In this document: positions 51,561 to 64,000 of the stretch, one piece after another | How the letters are laid out: each line of letters opens with the position of its first letter | Numbering within the stretch: position 1 is the first letter of the stretch | From: Octopus vulgaris | Taxonomy: Eukaryota | Reading direction: 5' to 3' | Length of the DNA stretch: 64,000 nt | Assembly: GCA_951406725.2 (NCBI GenBank) | Contig: OX597834.1 | Span: 18,104,001-18,168,000 of the forward strand | Notes under the pieces: generated by a model | The model's database searches: none | What the model saw: only the letters and a program-made list of their open reading frames with translations | Told to the model about the DNA's origin: nothing | Program-made: the position numbers and the translations under genes

Positions 51561-53583
51561 CTACATCAAGGTAAACAAATGTACAATTTAAATAACATTA
51601 TATGATTGATGGATTGATAGATGCTGATAGATGAATGAGCGAATGGATAAATGTATGTATGTATGTATATACATGCACATATAAGATCAAAAATCAGAGG
51701 GCTTGCACAGGCTCCTGTGACCCATCTGTTTGATGATCCACTTGTAACTGTAAAATTGATGAACATCAAGAAAGCCCCTGGGAATGATGGCATTGTTACT
51801 GAATTTGTTTAGAAAGATGGTGATGAAATACTGGAGCTTCTTCTCCCAGGAAGATATAGGATGAGGTAGTGAAGAATGGTCTTTGAACATTGGGCCTCAT
51901 GGAGGCAATGACTAGTTACTGAAACCTTTGGTGGTACGCTGTGCTTGAGAAGACCTGTCAAGCCAACTGAAATCATAGTTGTGGCTGTTGTCAGTAAGTG
52001 GTATGTAAAAAGTACCTTTTGAGTGTTGGGCCTCATGAAGGCAATGTGGCCAGTGCCAGTGTTGCATAATTAGCACCTATGCCAGTGGCACATAAAAAAA
52101 CACCTTTCAAGCACTGGGACTCACGGAGGTAATAACAAATGACCAAGACCTTTGGCAATATGCTGTGCTTGAGAAAGAAGATCCATCAAGTCAAGTGAAA
52201 TTGTAATCATGGCAAATACTGGTGTCATGTAACTGGAACCCATGCCGGTGGCACATAAAAGCACCCATTATACTCTTGGAGTGGTTGGCATTAGGAAGAA
52301 CATCCAGCCGCCAAATCAGACTGGATCCTGATGCAGCACCTCAGCTTACCAGCCCTGGTCATACCATCCAACCCATGCCAGCACGGACAATGGATGATGA
52401 TGATGATGATCACACAGTCACACATATATTTATATTGGCCAGTAGTTCATATAACTTAAAAACGACACTCTAAAATATTTGAACACTTTCCATATATATT
52501 GCAGAAGGCCTTACCATGAGCTGTATAAAAACAAAATATATGCAGAAGGCTTGTAAAAGCCACAGATATCACTCCTTCGTCTGGACATGACAAATGAAAT
52601 AATTAAACACCATCGTGACAGTCATATACAAAATTATAAGGATTATAGTGGATTATACCTGACTCCAGAATATAACTGGCACTTATCATATCAACTCAGA
52701 ATATACAAAATACGAAACCAAACTAATCCGTAAAAGAGTGTTTTAGATCGTAAAATAGCTTTGTTGTGCTGTTTAGCTCCAAGTTTGTCCTGGTGAAGAA
52801 GAGTTGCGATCCAGTTTTTTTTATAAGACTAAAACGTACTTTGCTTTGTTTAAGACAATAAGGTATGATCTGGGGGAGATTTAGCTCTTATTCGTAATGG
52901 GTCGAGCGACTGCATAACCATTTTCATACAGAGTAGGAGTTATGGTTTGGATCCAAATCAGCCCTGAAAAATGACCCAAGGCGTTTTAGAAGTGGCCACC
53001 CTGTCCAGCTTTCAGCCGCAATGTTTCTAGAACTACATTTTCTTTCGAGTCCTTATATTTTAAGACGGTAATGAATGACTTGATGAAAATTTGACTTCTA
53101 TTTCTGGTAAACCGAGTGACTATTTTGTCTTATACAATTCTTCGATCGGTCTAAAGCGATATCATCGTCGATTCCATGAACTGTAACCTTGTTCTGCTAA
53201 TTTCGGACATCATAAAGGAAATTTAGTTAAGATAATTGAGTAACGCAAAACACGGTAAACTTGATGTAGAGACATTCAAATCCCCTGATCTTGTTTTAAA
53301 GAATTAGGATATTTTTTCATCGTTGTTTTTACTTACATAAAAGAGTATTTACTTAAGATATAGGCCTGACCCCTAATATCATGAGGATAAGATTTCGAAT
53401 GAATATCATTTGGGATAGTGTTTATTATTATTGTTTCATATGAAAAGCACTCCCGTGCTGACCTATAAGTGTATGGAGGTCTACATTAACCTAATGTGTC
53501 CTTCGTTGTTTAAGGGTATCTATATGGGATCTTTTAGATCTACAGAGGAAACATACGCACACATGTATGCTTATGTGTGTGTG

Positions 53584-53649
<66 letters not shown>

Positions 53650-53762
53650 ATTTATTTATAATAAGGATAATATGAACATTTAACGTGGTTTTTAAAGTCA
53701 GGGTTTTGACTGCTATTTCAGCATGGTAGTGTCTCTCAGACACCCTTATTTTTAGTTGTATG

Positions 53763-53820
<58 letters not shown>

Positions 53821-54099
53821 TTATCAGCGATGGAAGCAGACTGTTATTAAATATTAGGCAAACGAGAAATAAATAAATCAGGAGGGTTAAGAGGAGATTT
53901 TTGTCTTTTGCTTTGGAAATGAAAACCAACGACCATTTCGATGATCGACAAAGCATAACCATATGCGCCATCCATTCTTAAGAAAAATTTCACAACAATT
54001 TAGGACTATATGGAAGTAAAGCACATGCGAAAATGTCAATGTGGCTGTCAAGATTATTATAAATGGCTCAGAATATTTTGTTGAAGCGATTTTACTTAC

Positions 54100-54113
54100 A
54101 GTCTGTGCGCCAT
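54100..54113 (-). CDS. MRPL23: Mitochondrial ribosomal protein L23 (uL23m), exon 1 of 5
   Basis: ccaacATGGCGCACAGACT followed by consensus donor GTAAGT. 14 nt, and phase 2 matches exon 2. Lies in a CpG-rich region. The exon is too short for homology support. Confidence 0.75.
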
Positions 54114-54215
54114 GTTGGTCGAGTTTATTATTCTGGTGTCATCAAGAGTTATGTCCTTTGGATCGTGCGCTGAGCGAGGTTTCGTCTTGGAGAAACGAAA
54201 AGTACTTTGGTTGTT

Positions 54216-55510
54216 GCGGCGAGTTGGCAGAAACGTTAGCGCATCGGGCGGAATGCTTAGCGGTATTTCGTCTGTCGTTACGTCGTGAGTTCAAATTCCG
54301 CCGAGGTCGAAGTTGCCTTTCATCCTTTCGGGGTCGATAAATTAAGTACCAGTTACGCACTGGGTCGTTGTAATCGACTTAATCCCTTTGTCTGTCCTTG
54401 TTTGTCCCCTCTGTGTTTAGCCCCTTGTGGATAATAAAGAAATATATATTTATTAAGGCGGCGAGCTGGTAGAAACGTTAGCGCGCCGGGCGAAATGCTT
54501 AGCGGTATTGCATCTGCCGTTACGTTCTGAGTTCAAATTCCGCTGAGGTCGAATTTGCCTTTCATCCTTTCGGGGTCGATAAATAAAAGTACCAGTTACG
54601 CACTGGGATCGATGTAATCGACTTAATCCCTTTGTCTGTCCTTGTTTGTCCCCTCTGTGTTTAGCCCCTTGTGGATAATAAAGAAATATATATTTATTAA
54701 GGCGGCGAGCTGGTAGAAACGTTAGCGCGCCGGGCGAAATGTTTAGCGGTATTTAGTTAGCACGCCGAATGGAATCAGTTTTAACGTTCTGAGTTCAAAT
54801 ACCACCGGAATCGACTTTGTCTTTCATCCCTTTTAGGGTCGATAAATTAAGTAACAGTTGTGTACTGGGTTCGATCTAATCGATGGGCCCCTTCCCCTAA
54901 AATTTCAGGCTTTGTACCTATAGTAGAAAGGATTATTATTATTAGTACATCTCGTTCAGAGATTTATTATTATTATTAGTAGTAGTAGTATTCATTCGGC
55001 GAGCTGCCCGGGCGAATTCTCTGTCCTTGTTTGTCCCCTCTGTGTTTAGCCCCTTTTGGGTAGTAAAGAAATAGGTATCTCTAGAAAATGGGGGAGGAAA
55101 AGACTTCAATTACAAGGGATTGTCTCCCTTTGACCGCGATCCGCAATTGAATTTGCCGGGCGAAATGCGTAGCCATATTTCGTCTGCCGCTACGTTCTGA
55201 ATTCAAATTCCGCCGAGGTCGACTTTGCCTTTTATCCTTTCGGAGTCGATTAAATAAGTACCAGTTACGCACTGGGGTCGATATAATCGACTTAATCCGT
55301 TTGTCTGTCCTTGTTTGTCCTCTCCTTGTGGGTAGAAAAGAAATAGGTATTTCGTTTGTCTTTACGCTGTGAGTTCAAATTCCGCCGGGATTGACTTTGC
55401 TTTTCATCCTTTCGAGATCGATAAAATAAGTACCAGATGCGTACTGGGGTCGATGTAATTGACTTACCCCCACCCTCAAATATCAGGCCTTGTGCCTATA
55501 ATAGAAAGAA
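54216..55510 (+). mobile_element. Tandem cluster of five to six family B SINEs upstream of MRPL23
   Basis: Copies near 54216-54445, 54456-54688, 54699-54930, 55154-55348 and 55350-55510. The junction AAGAAATATATATTTATTAAGGCGGCGAG is repeated with a 243-bp period. Confidence 0.9.
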
Positions 55511-56436
55511 TAAGGGTTGTTTAAGGATGTTGAACGAAACACCCATGTTTCCAGAAGTGAATTATTCAAACCCCAAAGAATCCCTCTCAACACATGGCTA
55601 TGATTTTGGATTAGTTATGTCAGGTGTAGAATCATCTGATGTGATGTGTTTATCTCTTTGCCTATGTATGAGAAAAAGAAGAAAATAAAGGAAAATTCAC
55701 TTCTCTTGCCCAGAATAAGGACTTATCCAAATACAATCACTTCATTGCATAATATTTATCGATTGAGACGACGAAGATCGATGAAACAAATTCTGGAAAT
55801 TAATTTTAATAAAATAATAAAAATCTAGTTTAATGCAGTCATGATTCGACAAATGTCATGTTGGTGATCTTGTCCTGTTTTGACACGTTTGCAACCAACA
55901 CTTGAGGAATTTATAAACTTTTCTATCGTCTGGATACTGTAATTCAAATAAATTGATACACAGAGGCCTATGTTTTAAGAACTTAATTATTTGTTATCCA
56001 TTTTATATTTTTTAAAATCACTACTGTCTTCAGTAAGGTAAAGAAGACAATTGATGCCAAGCAAACAAAAAGCAGACACATTGGGGTGTGTGTGTGCGCG
56101 CACGTGTGCGTGTGTGTGTGTGTGTGTAAACTTGGTTATAAAACTAAGAAGACCATTGTTCAATAAAGTACTCAATACTTGTTAAAGTCTTCTCATGAAG
56201 TTCAGAGAGTGAACTGAAATGGATAAACTGACATGTAAGGTAAATACTAAAATAGGTTTGTATATATGTGCATGGCACCTTAAACAAGTGTCTTCTATTA
56301 TAAGCCCTGGGTCAGCCAAAGGCCTGTGAGTGGAATTGGTACATGGAAACTGGAAGAAGCCCATCATGCGTGTATGTATATATGTATGTGTGTGTGTGTG
56401 TGTCTGTGTATATATATATATATATATATAAACTAG

Positions 56437-56474
<38 letters not shown>

Positions 56475-56488
56475 ATATCTAATTTTTT

Positions 56489-56541
<53 letters not shown>

Positions 56542-56542
<1 letters not shown>

Positions 56543-56948
56543 GGCGCAGGAGTGGCTGTGTGGTAAGTAGCTTGCTAACCAACCACATGGTTCCAGGTTC
56601 AGTCCCACTGCGTGGCATCTTGGGCAAGTGTCTTCTGCTATAGCCCCGGGCCGACCAATGCCTTGTGAGTGGATTTGGTAGACGGAAACTGAAAGAAGCC
56701 TGTCGTATATATGTATATATATATATATAAGTGTGTGTGTCTGTGTTTGTCCCCCTAGCATTGCTTGACAACCGATGCTGGTGTGTTTACATCCCCGTCA
56801 CTTAGCGGTTCGGCAAAAGAGACCGATAGAATAAGTACTGGGCTTACAAAGAATAAGTCCCGGGATCGATTTGCTCGACTAAAGGCGGTGCTCCAGCATG
56901 GCCGCAGTCAAATGACTGAAACAAGTAAAAGAGTAAAAGAGTAAGAGT
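56542..56948 (+). mobile_element. CORE-type SINE family A, full length, young
   Basis: Complete head, CORE-like motif, TA tract and (GTAAAAGA)n tail, with CpGs intact. Further copies at about 58305-58708, 59158-59556 and 60450-60785. Confidence 0.93.
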
Positions 56949-57109
56949 ATATGTGTGTGTGTGTTATTAATCAGCAAAAGTTAGAGTGACTCGGGGGCCA
57001 AGAGTTTCATTCATTGGTACTTATCAAACCAATTTCAGATTATGAGGATTATATTTACATAGAACAACTAAAATGATAAAAAAGATGAAAGAGGAGAGGA
57101 AGTAATGTT

Positions 57110-57650
57110 GTTGCCCAAGACATCAGCAAAGCTTTCATTTATGTCATGTATGCAAATCTCTTGTCAAAACCTCACACCAGTCCCACCCACGGGCTCTCTA
57201 TGTCTCTAGCCTTTCGTGGAGTGTGTTGACAGAGCTCTTTTTGTCTCACACTCTGTCACTCTGCTGTGTGATATGATTCAGTTCTGTCTCCTGCTTTCTT
57301 ACATCAACAATCTACTTGCCATGATGTCTAACAATGCTTGTTGTTTCATAAATCATATGATTCTTTGCACCTCCCTAATCTTGCCCAACCATGTACATCC
57401 TGACAATGTTAAACCTTTACCAATTTCATGAGTGAAGACTTCAAAAGCAACTTTCAGTAGGGCCATGCCAATCTTGTTCCTTTCAACAGCAAAATAGCAT
57501 AAGTACTATTCAATGTTTCCCATCAAGAACATCGTCCCTTATCATCCCGTTATTTTAATTTGTTTTGTAGTTCAGTGCTCATCATGCTCCTTTAAACTAT
57601 TGTACTCTCTCTTTTATGAACACTTTGAATGTTACTCAATTACTCAATTA
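57110..57650 (+). mobile_element. Highly degenerate CR1/jockey-like RT fragment
   Basis: DISKAF and LL.YINNL motifs in the expected order. Otherwise decayed. Confidence 0.5.
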
Positions 57651-57660
57651 CTAGCCATGA

Positions 57661-58038
57661 TTTGAAAATCAAAATCAAAATCAAAATCGATCAGCATCAA
57701 TGGAAATTATAGCTGTGATACCAGTGCTGGTGGCACATAAGAAAACCATTTGAACGTGGCCATTGCCAGCGCCACCCCGACTGGCTTCCGTGCCGGTGGC
57801 ATGTGAAAAGCACCGTCCGATCGTGGCTGTTTGCCAGACTCGTCTGGCATCTGTGCCGGTGGCACGTAAAAAGCACCCCCTACACTCATGGAGTGGTTGA
57901 TGTTAGGAAGGGCATCCAGCTGTAGAAACACTGCCAGATCAGACTGGGCCTGGTGCAGCCTTCTGGCTCCCCAGATCCCAGTTGCACCGTCCAACCCATG
58001 CTAGCATGGAAAGCGGACGCTAAACGATGATGATGATA
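57661..58038 (+). mobile_element. SINE-like family C
   Basis: Same 5' (AAAATC)n segment as the 10040 copy, with three subrepeats and a (GAT)n tail. Confidence 0.88.
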
Positions 58039-59323
58039 ATACACCACAAAAATATGCTACCAAAATGAATCACTATTAAGAGACAACATGCAGAGAAACC
58101 ATTTCATCACTACAATATGCAATGTCAAAACATTTCGATCACTAATATTTAAAGATGATATGCAAACAAAATAAAAATTGAAAATATTTTTATACTTAGA
58201 GCAACTAAAAGATGTATCTGTTGTTGTCCCCATATAATTCTTTTGTTTCCTATAACCATATAAAATTTTCCACAGCCACCCTGATGATAGTACTGTTCAT
58301 TTTGAGTTGTTTACCAACCACATGGTTCCGGGTTCAGTCCCACTACGTGGCATCTTGGACAAGTGTCTTCTACTATAGCCTTGGGCCGACCAAAGCCTTG
58401 TGAGTTGATTTGGTAGACAGAAACTGAAAGAAGCTCGTCGTATATATGTATATATATATATGTATTTGTGTGTTTGTGTATATGTATATGCGTGTGTGTG
58501 TGTGTCTGTGTTTGTCCCCCTAGCATTGCTTGACAACCGATGCTGGTGTGTTTATGTCCCTGTTACTTAGCGGTTCGGCAAAAGAGACCGAATAAGTACT
58601 GGGCTTACAAAAGAATAAGTCCAGGGTTCGAGTTGCTCGATTAAAGGCGGTGCTCCACCATGGCCGCAGTCAAATGAGTGAAACAAGTAAAAGAATAAAA
58701 GAAAAGAATACATATGAGGGGGTGCTGAAAAGCTCCTGGCTTTAACCCTTTAGTATTTAAACCGGCCATATCCAGCCAAAATAGTTAATCTGCTTTATGT
58801 TTAAACTGATCAGATCCAGGCTCTCACACCTACCCCACAATGTTATTCTATAATAAGTAATTACACCATCAAGATCTTGAAGATATGAGATAATGCATGA
58901 TTAATTCAAATAAATGGGAATCAATAGGCATTATGTTTGATAGAATAATCTGAACACTAAAGGGTTAAGGGTACTGTGAAAGGCTTGGTTGGAGGCCCAA
59001 CCTTCCAAGTTCTTTTACAAGGCTTAGAAAGATTGCAATATGTAAATCTGAGAGGAGAAGACAATCATAATTAACTGATCCTCCTGTATTTTCTTTTACC
59101 CAAAGCCAGGAACTTTTCAGCGCCCACTCAAATATACATAGCAGCATTTTATCATTTAGGAGTGGCTGTGTGGTAAGTAGCTTGCTTATCAACCACATGG
59201 TTCCAGGTTCAGTCCCACTGCGTGACATCTTGGGCAAGTGTCTTCTGCTATAGCCCCGGGCCGACCAATGCCTTGTGAGTGGATTTGGTAGACGGAAACT
59301 GAAAGAAGCCTGTCGTATATATG

Positions 59324-59354
<31 letters not shown>

Positions 59355-59884
59355 CTGTGTTTGTCCCCCTAGCATTGCTTGACAACTGATGCTGGTGTCT
59401 TTACGTCCCTGTTACTTAGCGGTTCGGCAAAAAAGAGACTGATAGAATAAGTACTGGGCTTACAAAGAATAAGTCCCGGGGTCGATTTGCTCGACTAAAG
59501 GTGGTGCTCCAGCATGGCCACAGTCAAATGACTGAAAGAAGTAAAAGAATAAAAGAATGCCTGCATGGGTGAATTTGTTGAGGAAGATTTTCTGTGGCTT
59601 GATGTCCTTCCTGTCACCAACCATTACCTCTTTCCAAGCAAAGTAATTTTCCTCCATGGCCAAACATGTTTTCCACAATGACTCTTGTTTACAACCATCA
59701 TAGAATGTCAGGACAAAGACACCCATACACTGACACACACACAGACACATACTCAGACGTACATACAGAAGACTACAGATTCAAACCACTGGAACTGTAA
59801 ATATTTGTAAAACCTTCCAGAAGTTTATTTAAGAAGTATATTTAAGTATATATGAGCATGTCTAGATATGCAACTATATGCATG

Positions 59885-60200
59885 AGAATACATACATAAA
59901 ACAAAACATACAAATCTGCATGTATACATACATACATACATACATACATACACACATACATACATACACACATACATACATACATACATACATACATACA
60001 TACATACATACATACATACATACATACATACACACACATACATACATACATACATACATACATACATACACATACATACATACACACATACACACATACA
60101 TACATACATACATACACACACATACATACATACATGCATACATACACACATACATACACACACATACATACATACATACATACATACATACATACATACA
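59885..60200. repeat. (CATA)n microsatellite
   Basis: About 300 bp CATA/CACA array. Confidence 0.96.
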
Positions 60201-61599
60201 AAAATATCCTGTTGATGTTGAAATTCCAATGAAGGAGCCTTGGATCTAGGTTAGAAACTGGATCTTTTTCTATTGGCAAGAAATCTTGAAATAAACTGAA
60301 TACACACACACATACAACAGGCTTCTGTCAGTTCCATCTGCCAAATCCACTCATAGGGTTTTGGTCAATCCAGGATCACAGAACCATGCCTGCACCCATA
60401 TAACACTTTCAATACAAAGAAGTTTGTAAAATTTATAAGAAAAATACACATTGCTTCCCAACTACATAATTCCAGGTTTAGTCCCACTGTGTGGCACCTT
60501 GGGCAAGGGTCTCTCTGTAGGCCTGGGATGACCAAAGCCTTGTGACTGGATTTGGTAGGCAGAAACTGAAAGAAGTCTGTGTGTGTCTTTGTGTGGATTT
60601 GTCCTCCACCACTGCTTGGCAACTGGTGTTGGTTTGTTTATGTCCCCATAACTTGGCAGTTTGACAAAAAGGACTATTAGATTAAGTCCCGGGCTTTACA
60701 ACAGAAAACAAAGTACTGCTGTCGATTTGTTTCACTAAACCCAACATGGTCACAGTCCAATGAATGAAACAAGTAAAAGATAAGACACCAGAAAACTGTT
60801 CACTGAAGGACTTGGAATTTCATGGGGAAAATGAGTTGTGCTTTATTCAAGCAGAACTATGGTATTTGTTAATGTCAGTGGGCAATACTGAGGACATCTT
60901 AATTTACATTGCGTCCATTTCCTGATCAAAAAGTTCATATACAGAATTTTTGGGCATCCAGCTGTAGAAACACTGCCAGATCTGACTGGCCTGGTGCAGC
61001 CTTCGGGCTTCCCAGACCCCAGTTGAACCGTCCAACCCATGCTAGCATGGAAAGCGGACGTTAAACGATGATGATGATGATGATGATGTACTGCCCACTT
61101 GCATGGTATTATTCCCTCATGGCCAGACATATTCTGCAAGAATATTGGGAATGAATGACACTGCTTGTATCACGGTGGTAATCATTTACAACTGTCACAT
61201 GATATTAAGACAGGGAGACACAAACAAATGAATGTGTGTGTGTATGTATGTATGTATACATACACGTCGGGCTTTCCCTCTACCATATCTTCTCACAAGG
61301 CTTTGGTTAGGCCAGGGCTATAGTAGAAAGCACTTGCCCAAGTTGTCACACAGGGGGACTGAACCCAGAACCATGTGGTTGACACGCACACTGCTTACCA
61401 CAAAGCCACAACTAACCTAACTGAAAAAGCGAATTTCTCAATGAAACAAGCATGGAAGCCATTTCATTTCACTTGTCCCAATAATGTTTGCTCTTGAGAA
61501 ATGCCTAGTCGTTAGACTATACAATTTGACGTTGTTTGTATATTTTATAAAGAAATAAATGTATAAGACACAGAAATTTAAATCCTAAATACAAAGGAA

Positions 61600-62250
61600 A
61601 AAAGGCCGGTTAAGCATGAAGTGAAGAACGATAGGGAAGGGAGATCACTCGTAAACACGAGGCTCATCGCGGAATGGCGGACCCACACTGTAGCAGCAGA
61701 CAAACCACCGCGACGCCCAGAAACACTTCTGCTACACACGAAATAACTCACTACCTCAATGTTGAGAATGCAAAATTTGTCGCTTTTATTATGATTATTG
61801 GTTTTATTGCATATCATGGAATTATACACTTAAAATACGGTAAATGCGTCATATTTATTCAAGCCATTCGCATTATTTTTCTTCTCACAAAATCCCAGTC
61901 TATTTCGCATAAAACACAATCTGTCAGAGATTATCTTACTACGTACCTTTTTTTTAGTCAATTGTTTTGCCTCTTATATCGCAAATGTATCATGTAGCAT
62001 ATGTTACTTTTTGTAAGGCCTTGTTTACTGTCTATGTATAAAAAATATGTCTAAAACTATTAAACTTGGTTCTCGCATCGAGATTACTTCGTTACACACG
62101 CACACACATACATACGCGATCAGATGCACACATAACACCGACAGATACCAGCTCAGGTATCGTTATGATCACATATACACACGTTTGCGTTTGCATTTTA
62201 TGTTCACAAAATATACTCACTAACTTCAAACTTTCATCAATAACCATGTT
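61600..62250 (+). promoter_or_regulatory. CpG-enriched promoter/first-exon region of CASD1
   Basis: Local CpG enrichment around the ATG. The start context GGAATGGCGG resembles a YY1-type motif. Confidence 0.45.
61674..61839 (+). CDS. CASD1: CAS1-domain protein 1 (sialate O-acetyltransferase family), first coding exon; gene continues past the window
   Basis: Encodes MADPH...HEITHYLNVENAKFVAFIMIIGFIAYHGIIHLKY(G), resembling the CASD1 N-terminus (EINHYFSVRSAK + TM helix + H.....YG). Donor GTAAAT, phase 1. CpG-rich context. Confidence 0.82.
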
Positions 62251-62407
62251 CATATATATATATATATATATATATATACAGGAATATATATATATATAAA
62301 ATCAAAATAAGGGTGAAAAAATTGGATATTAATTTAATAACATCAACTTAACACGAAGTGGTTTAGCGCATAAAAAACTGAGATTCAGTAAATACTAATA
62401 TTATATT

Positions 62408-62458
<51 letters not shown>

Positions 62459-63581
62459 GTATACAAAAGGGATTGAGAGAGATCTCGCACCGTTGCGTTG
62501 AGAATTCATTCCGAAACCACTAATTGTAACTGAACGATGAGATTGATGAGGACGCATATCCACATACTGATAGATGATACGATACGGTGTGTGTGTGTAT
62601 GTGTATATAAATATAGCATTATATAGTTAATATTGAGTATTTAGTCTTACTATGAAATTAAACTCCGGGATTTTTCTTTTTTTCGGCGGCTTGGAATGAG
62701 GATTGACCCGAGGTATCAGACAGAGTATGCTATGAATTGTATGACACTATCTATTTACCTGTGTACCATACACATACAGGTAAAGGGTATCAATAAAGTC
62801 TACCTCCACAAAGATTGAAAACCTAATACTATTCGAAACAAGCCTCTAAAATACACACTTCTCCATGTATGCTACATCTTTCAAAATAAACTTCGCGCTG
62901 ACATTATGTACCTCAACAAATTAAAAAAATATATGTATACTTTATTTTCTCTAATAAATACCAACAATGTACACGAAGTAGAAATAACACATACATAATT
63001 ACTTAACAAGAATATTACTACCAAGTATGGACAGACTAGCGAATGTACATCAACATCATCTTCATCTAACGTCCGTTTTCCATGCTGGTATCTGTTGGAC
63101 GGTTTGTGAGGAGCTGGCTTGGCTGCACACATACAATGTAAATATTGGAGGTAAAAGCAAACCTAAAAATTGTTATATGAAAATAGGTTAGAATGTTTAG
63201 CTAAGCGTGACGAGTAACTTAAAGACCTTCACTAAAATTCTACTTCTAAATGAATATGTGTTTTCATCTAGCTAAAAGAGATAGGGCTAATCAGGATGAA
63301 TATCTAAAGTAAGATTAGTAATTGAATTAGAAACGCAACCAGACTCCAGAAATGGAAGGAAAGTAGTCCAGTTATTAACTGGTTTAAGTATTTTAATAAT
63401 AAACATTGTTGGGGGTCACTCAGTTCGATATTGTTGATTTTTACCCTTTGATCTCTCAGTTTCTACTCTGTTGTGTCGGACAACAAAGAAATTATTATGC
63501 ACACAGAGTTTCTAAGGACTCTGCCTCGGTACTAATATAAAAAATAACACACACAAACAAAAAACAGCTGAGCCTATAGGG

Positions 63582-63782
63582 CAGTGGTTTTCAACCAGGG
63601 TTCTGCCAGTACAGTCTAGGGGTTCCGCAAGAAGTTACAAAACTGCTAAAATCGGCAGTAATTTTTAATTCTCCTGTGCAGATATGTGTGCATAAGACTA
63701 TTAAATTATTGCACAGGGGTTCCTCGAGCCGGTGGAATGTTTCCTTGGGGTTCCGCTCCAGCAAAAAGATTGAAAAGCACTG
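63582..63782. mobile_element. hAT-type MITE, second copy
   Basis: Same TIRs and body as 25586-25804. The 8-bp TSD is degenerate (CTATAGGG and CCATAGGA). Confidence 0.9.
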
Positions 63783-64000
63783 CCATAGGATCATTCTTTA
63801 TTTGTATAGGTAGATGGATCCAGTCTTGCTGCCCTACACTCCCTACTACAACAGTGCCTTGTAATAGGCAACTCCCTGTTACAATAGTGCTTTAATAACA
63901 TTGGTTTTAAAGATAAAATTATTTACATCACTAAACCCCTGCTAAATCACAATGAGAATAAATCCCACAACATTATATGAGTTGTATCTTTTTTTTTTTT

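Noticed and set aside
53648-53971. ORF starting MAHMVML as an alternative MRPL23 first exon
   Set aside because: No convincing donor follows, and the frame runs into a (TA)n tract. The 54113 ATG has a consensus donor in the right phase.
56542-56620. tRNA genes at SINE heads
   Set aside because: They have A/B boxes but continue into SINE bodies and lack a proper cloverleaf.

Overview
AT-rich, CpG-depleted, repeat-dominated eukaryotic DNA. The SINE families and microsatellite load point to an octopus or other coleoid cephalopod (inference). I assembled two complete spliced genes and the first exon of a third by hand from GT-AG exons. Nup37 (+) has 7 exons over 31459-43488 and 326 aa. MRPL23 (-) has 5 exons over 54113-45132 and 159 aa, and is convergent with Nup37. 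The first coding exon of CASD1 (+) is at 61674-61839. I recognised no host gene in the first ~30 kb. The rest is three abundant SINE-like families, piggyBac-type and hAT-type MITEs, a Helitron-type element, a maT/DD37D mariner relic, RTE, L1/Tx1 and CR1-like LINE fragments, a solo LTR, a Penelope-like GIY-YIG relic, and mini/microsatellites. Three observations stand out. (1) The Penelope relic's 3' region carries a tRNA-like segment followed by a hammerhead-ribozyme core. (2) A fold-back element family has 11-13 bp TSDs and a 3' tail, and a local duplication preserves the empty site of one copy. (3) Inverted near-identical SINE pairs bracket Nup37 exons. Most ORFs in the supplied track are repeat-derived artefacts. 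No database search or folding program was run, so homology calls rest on motif recognition.
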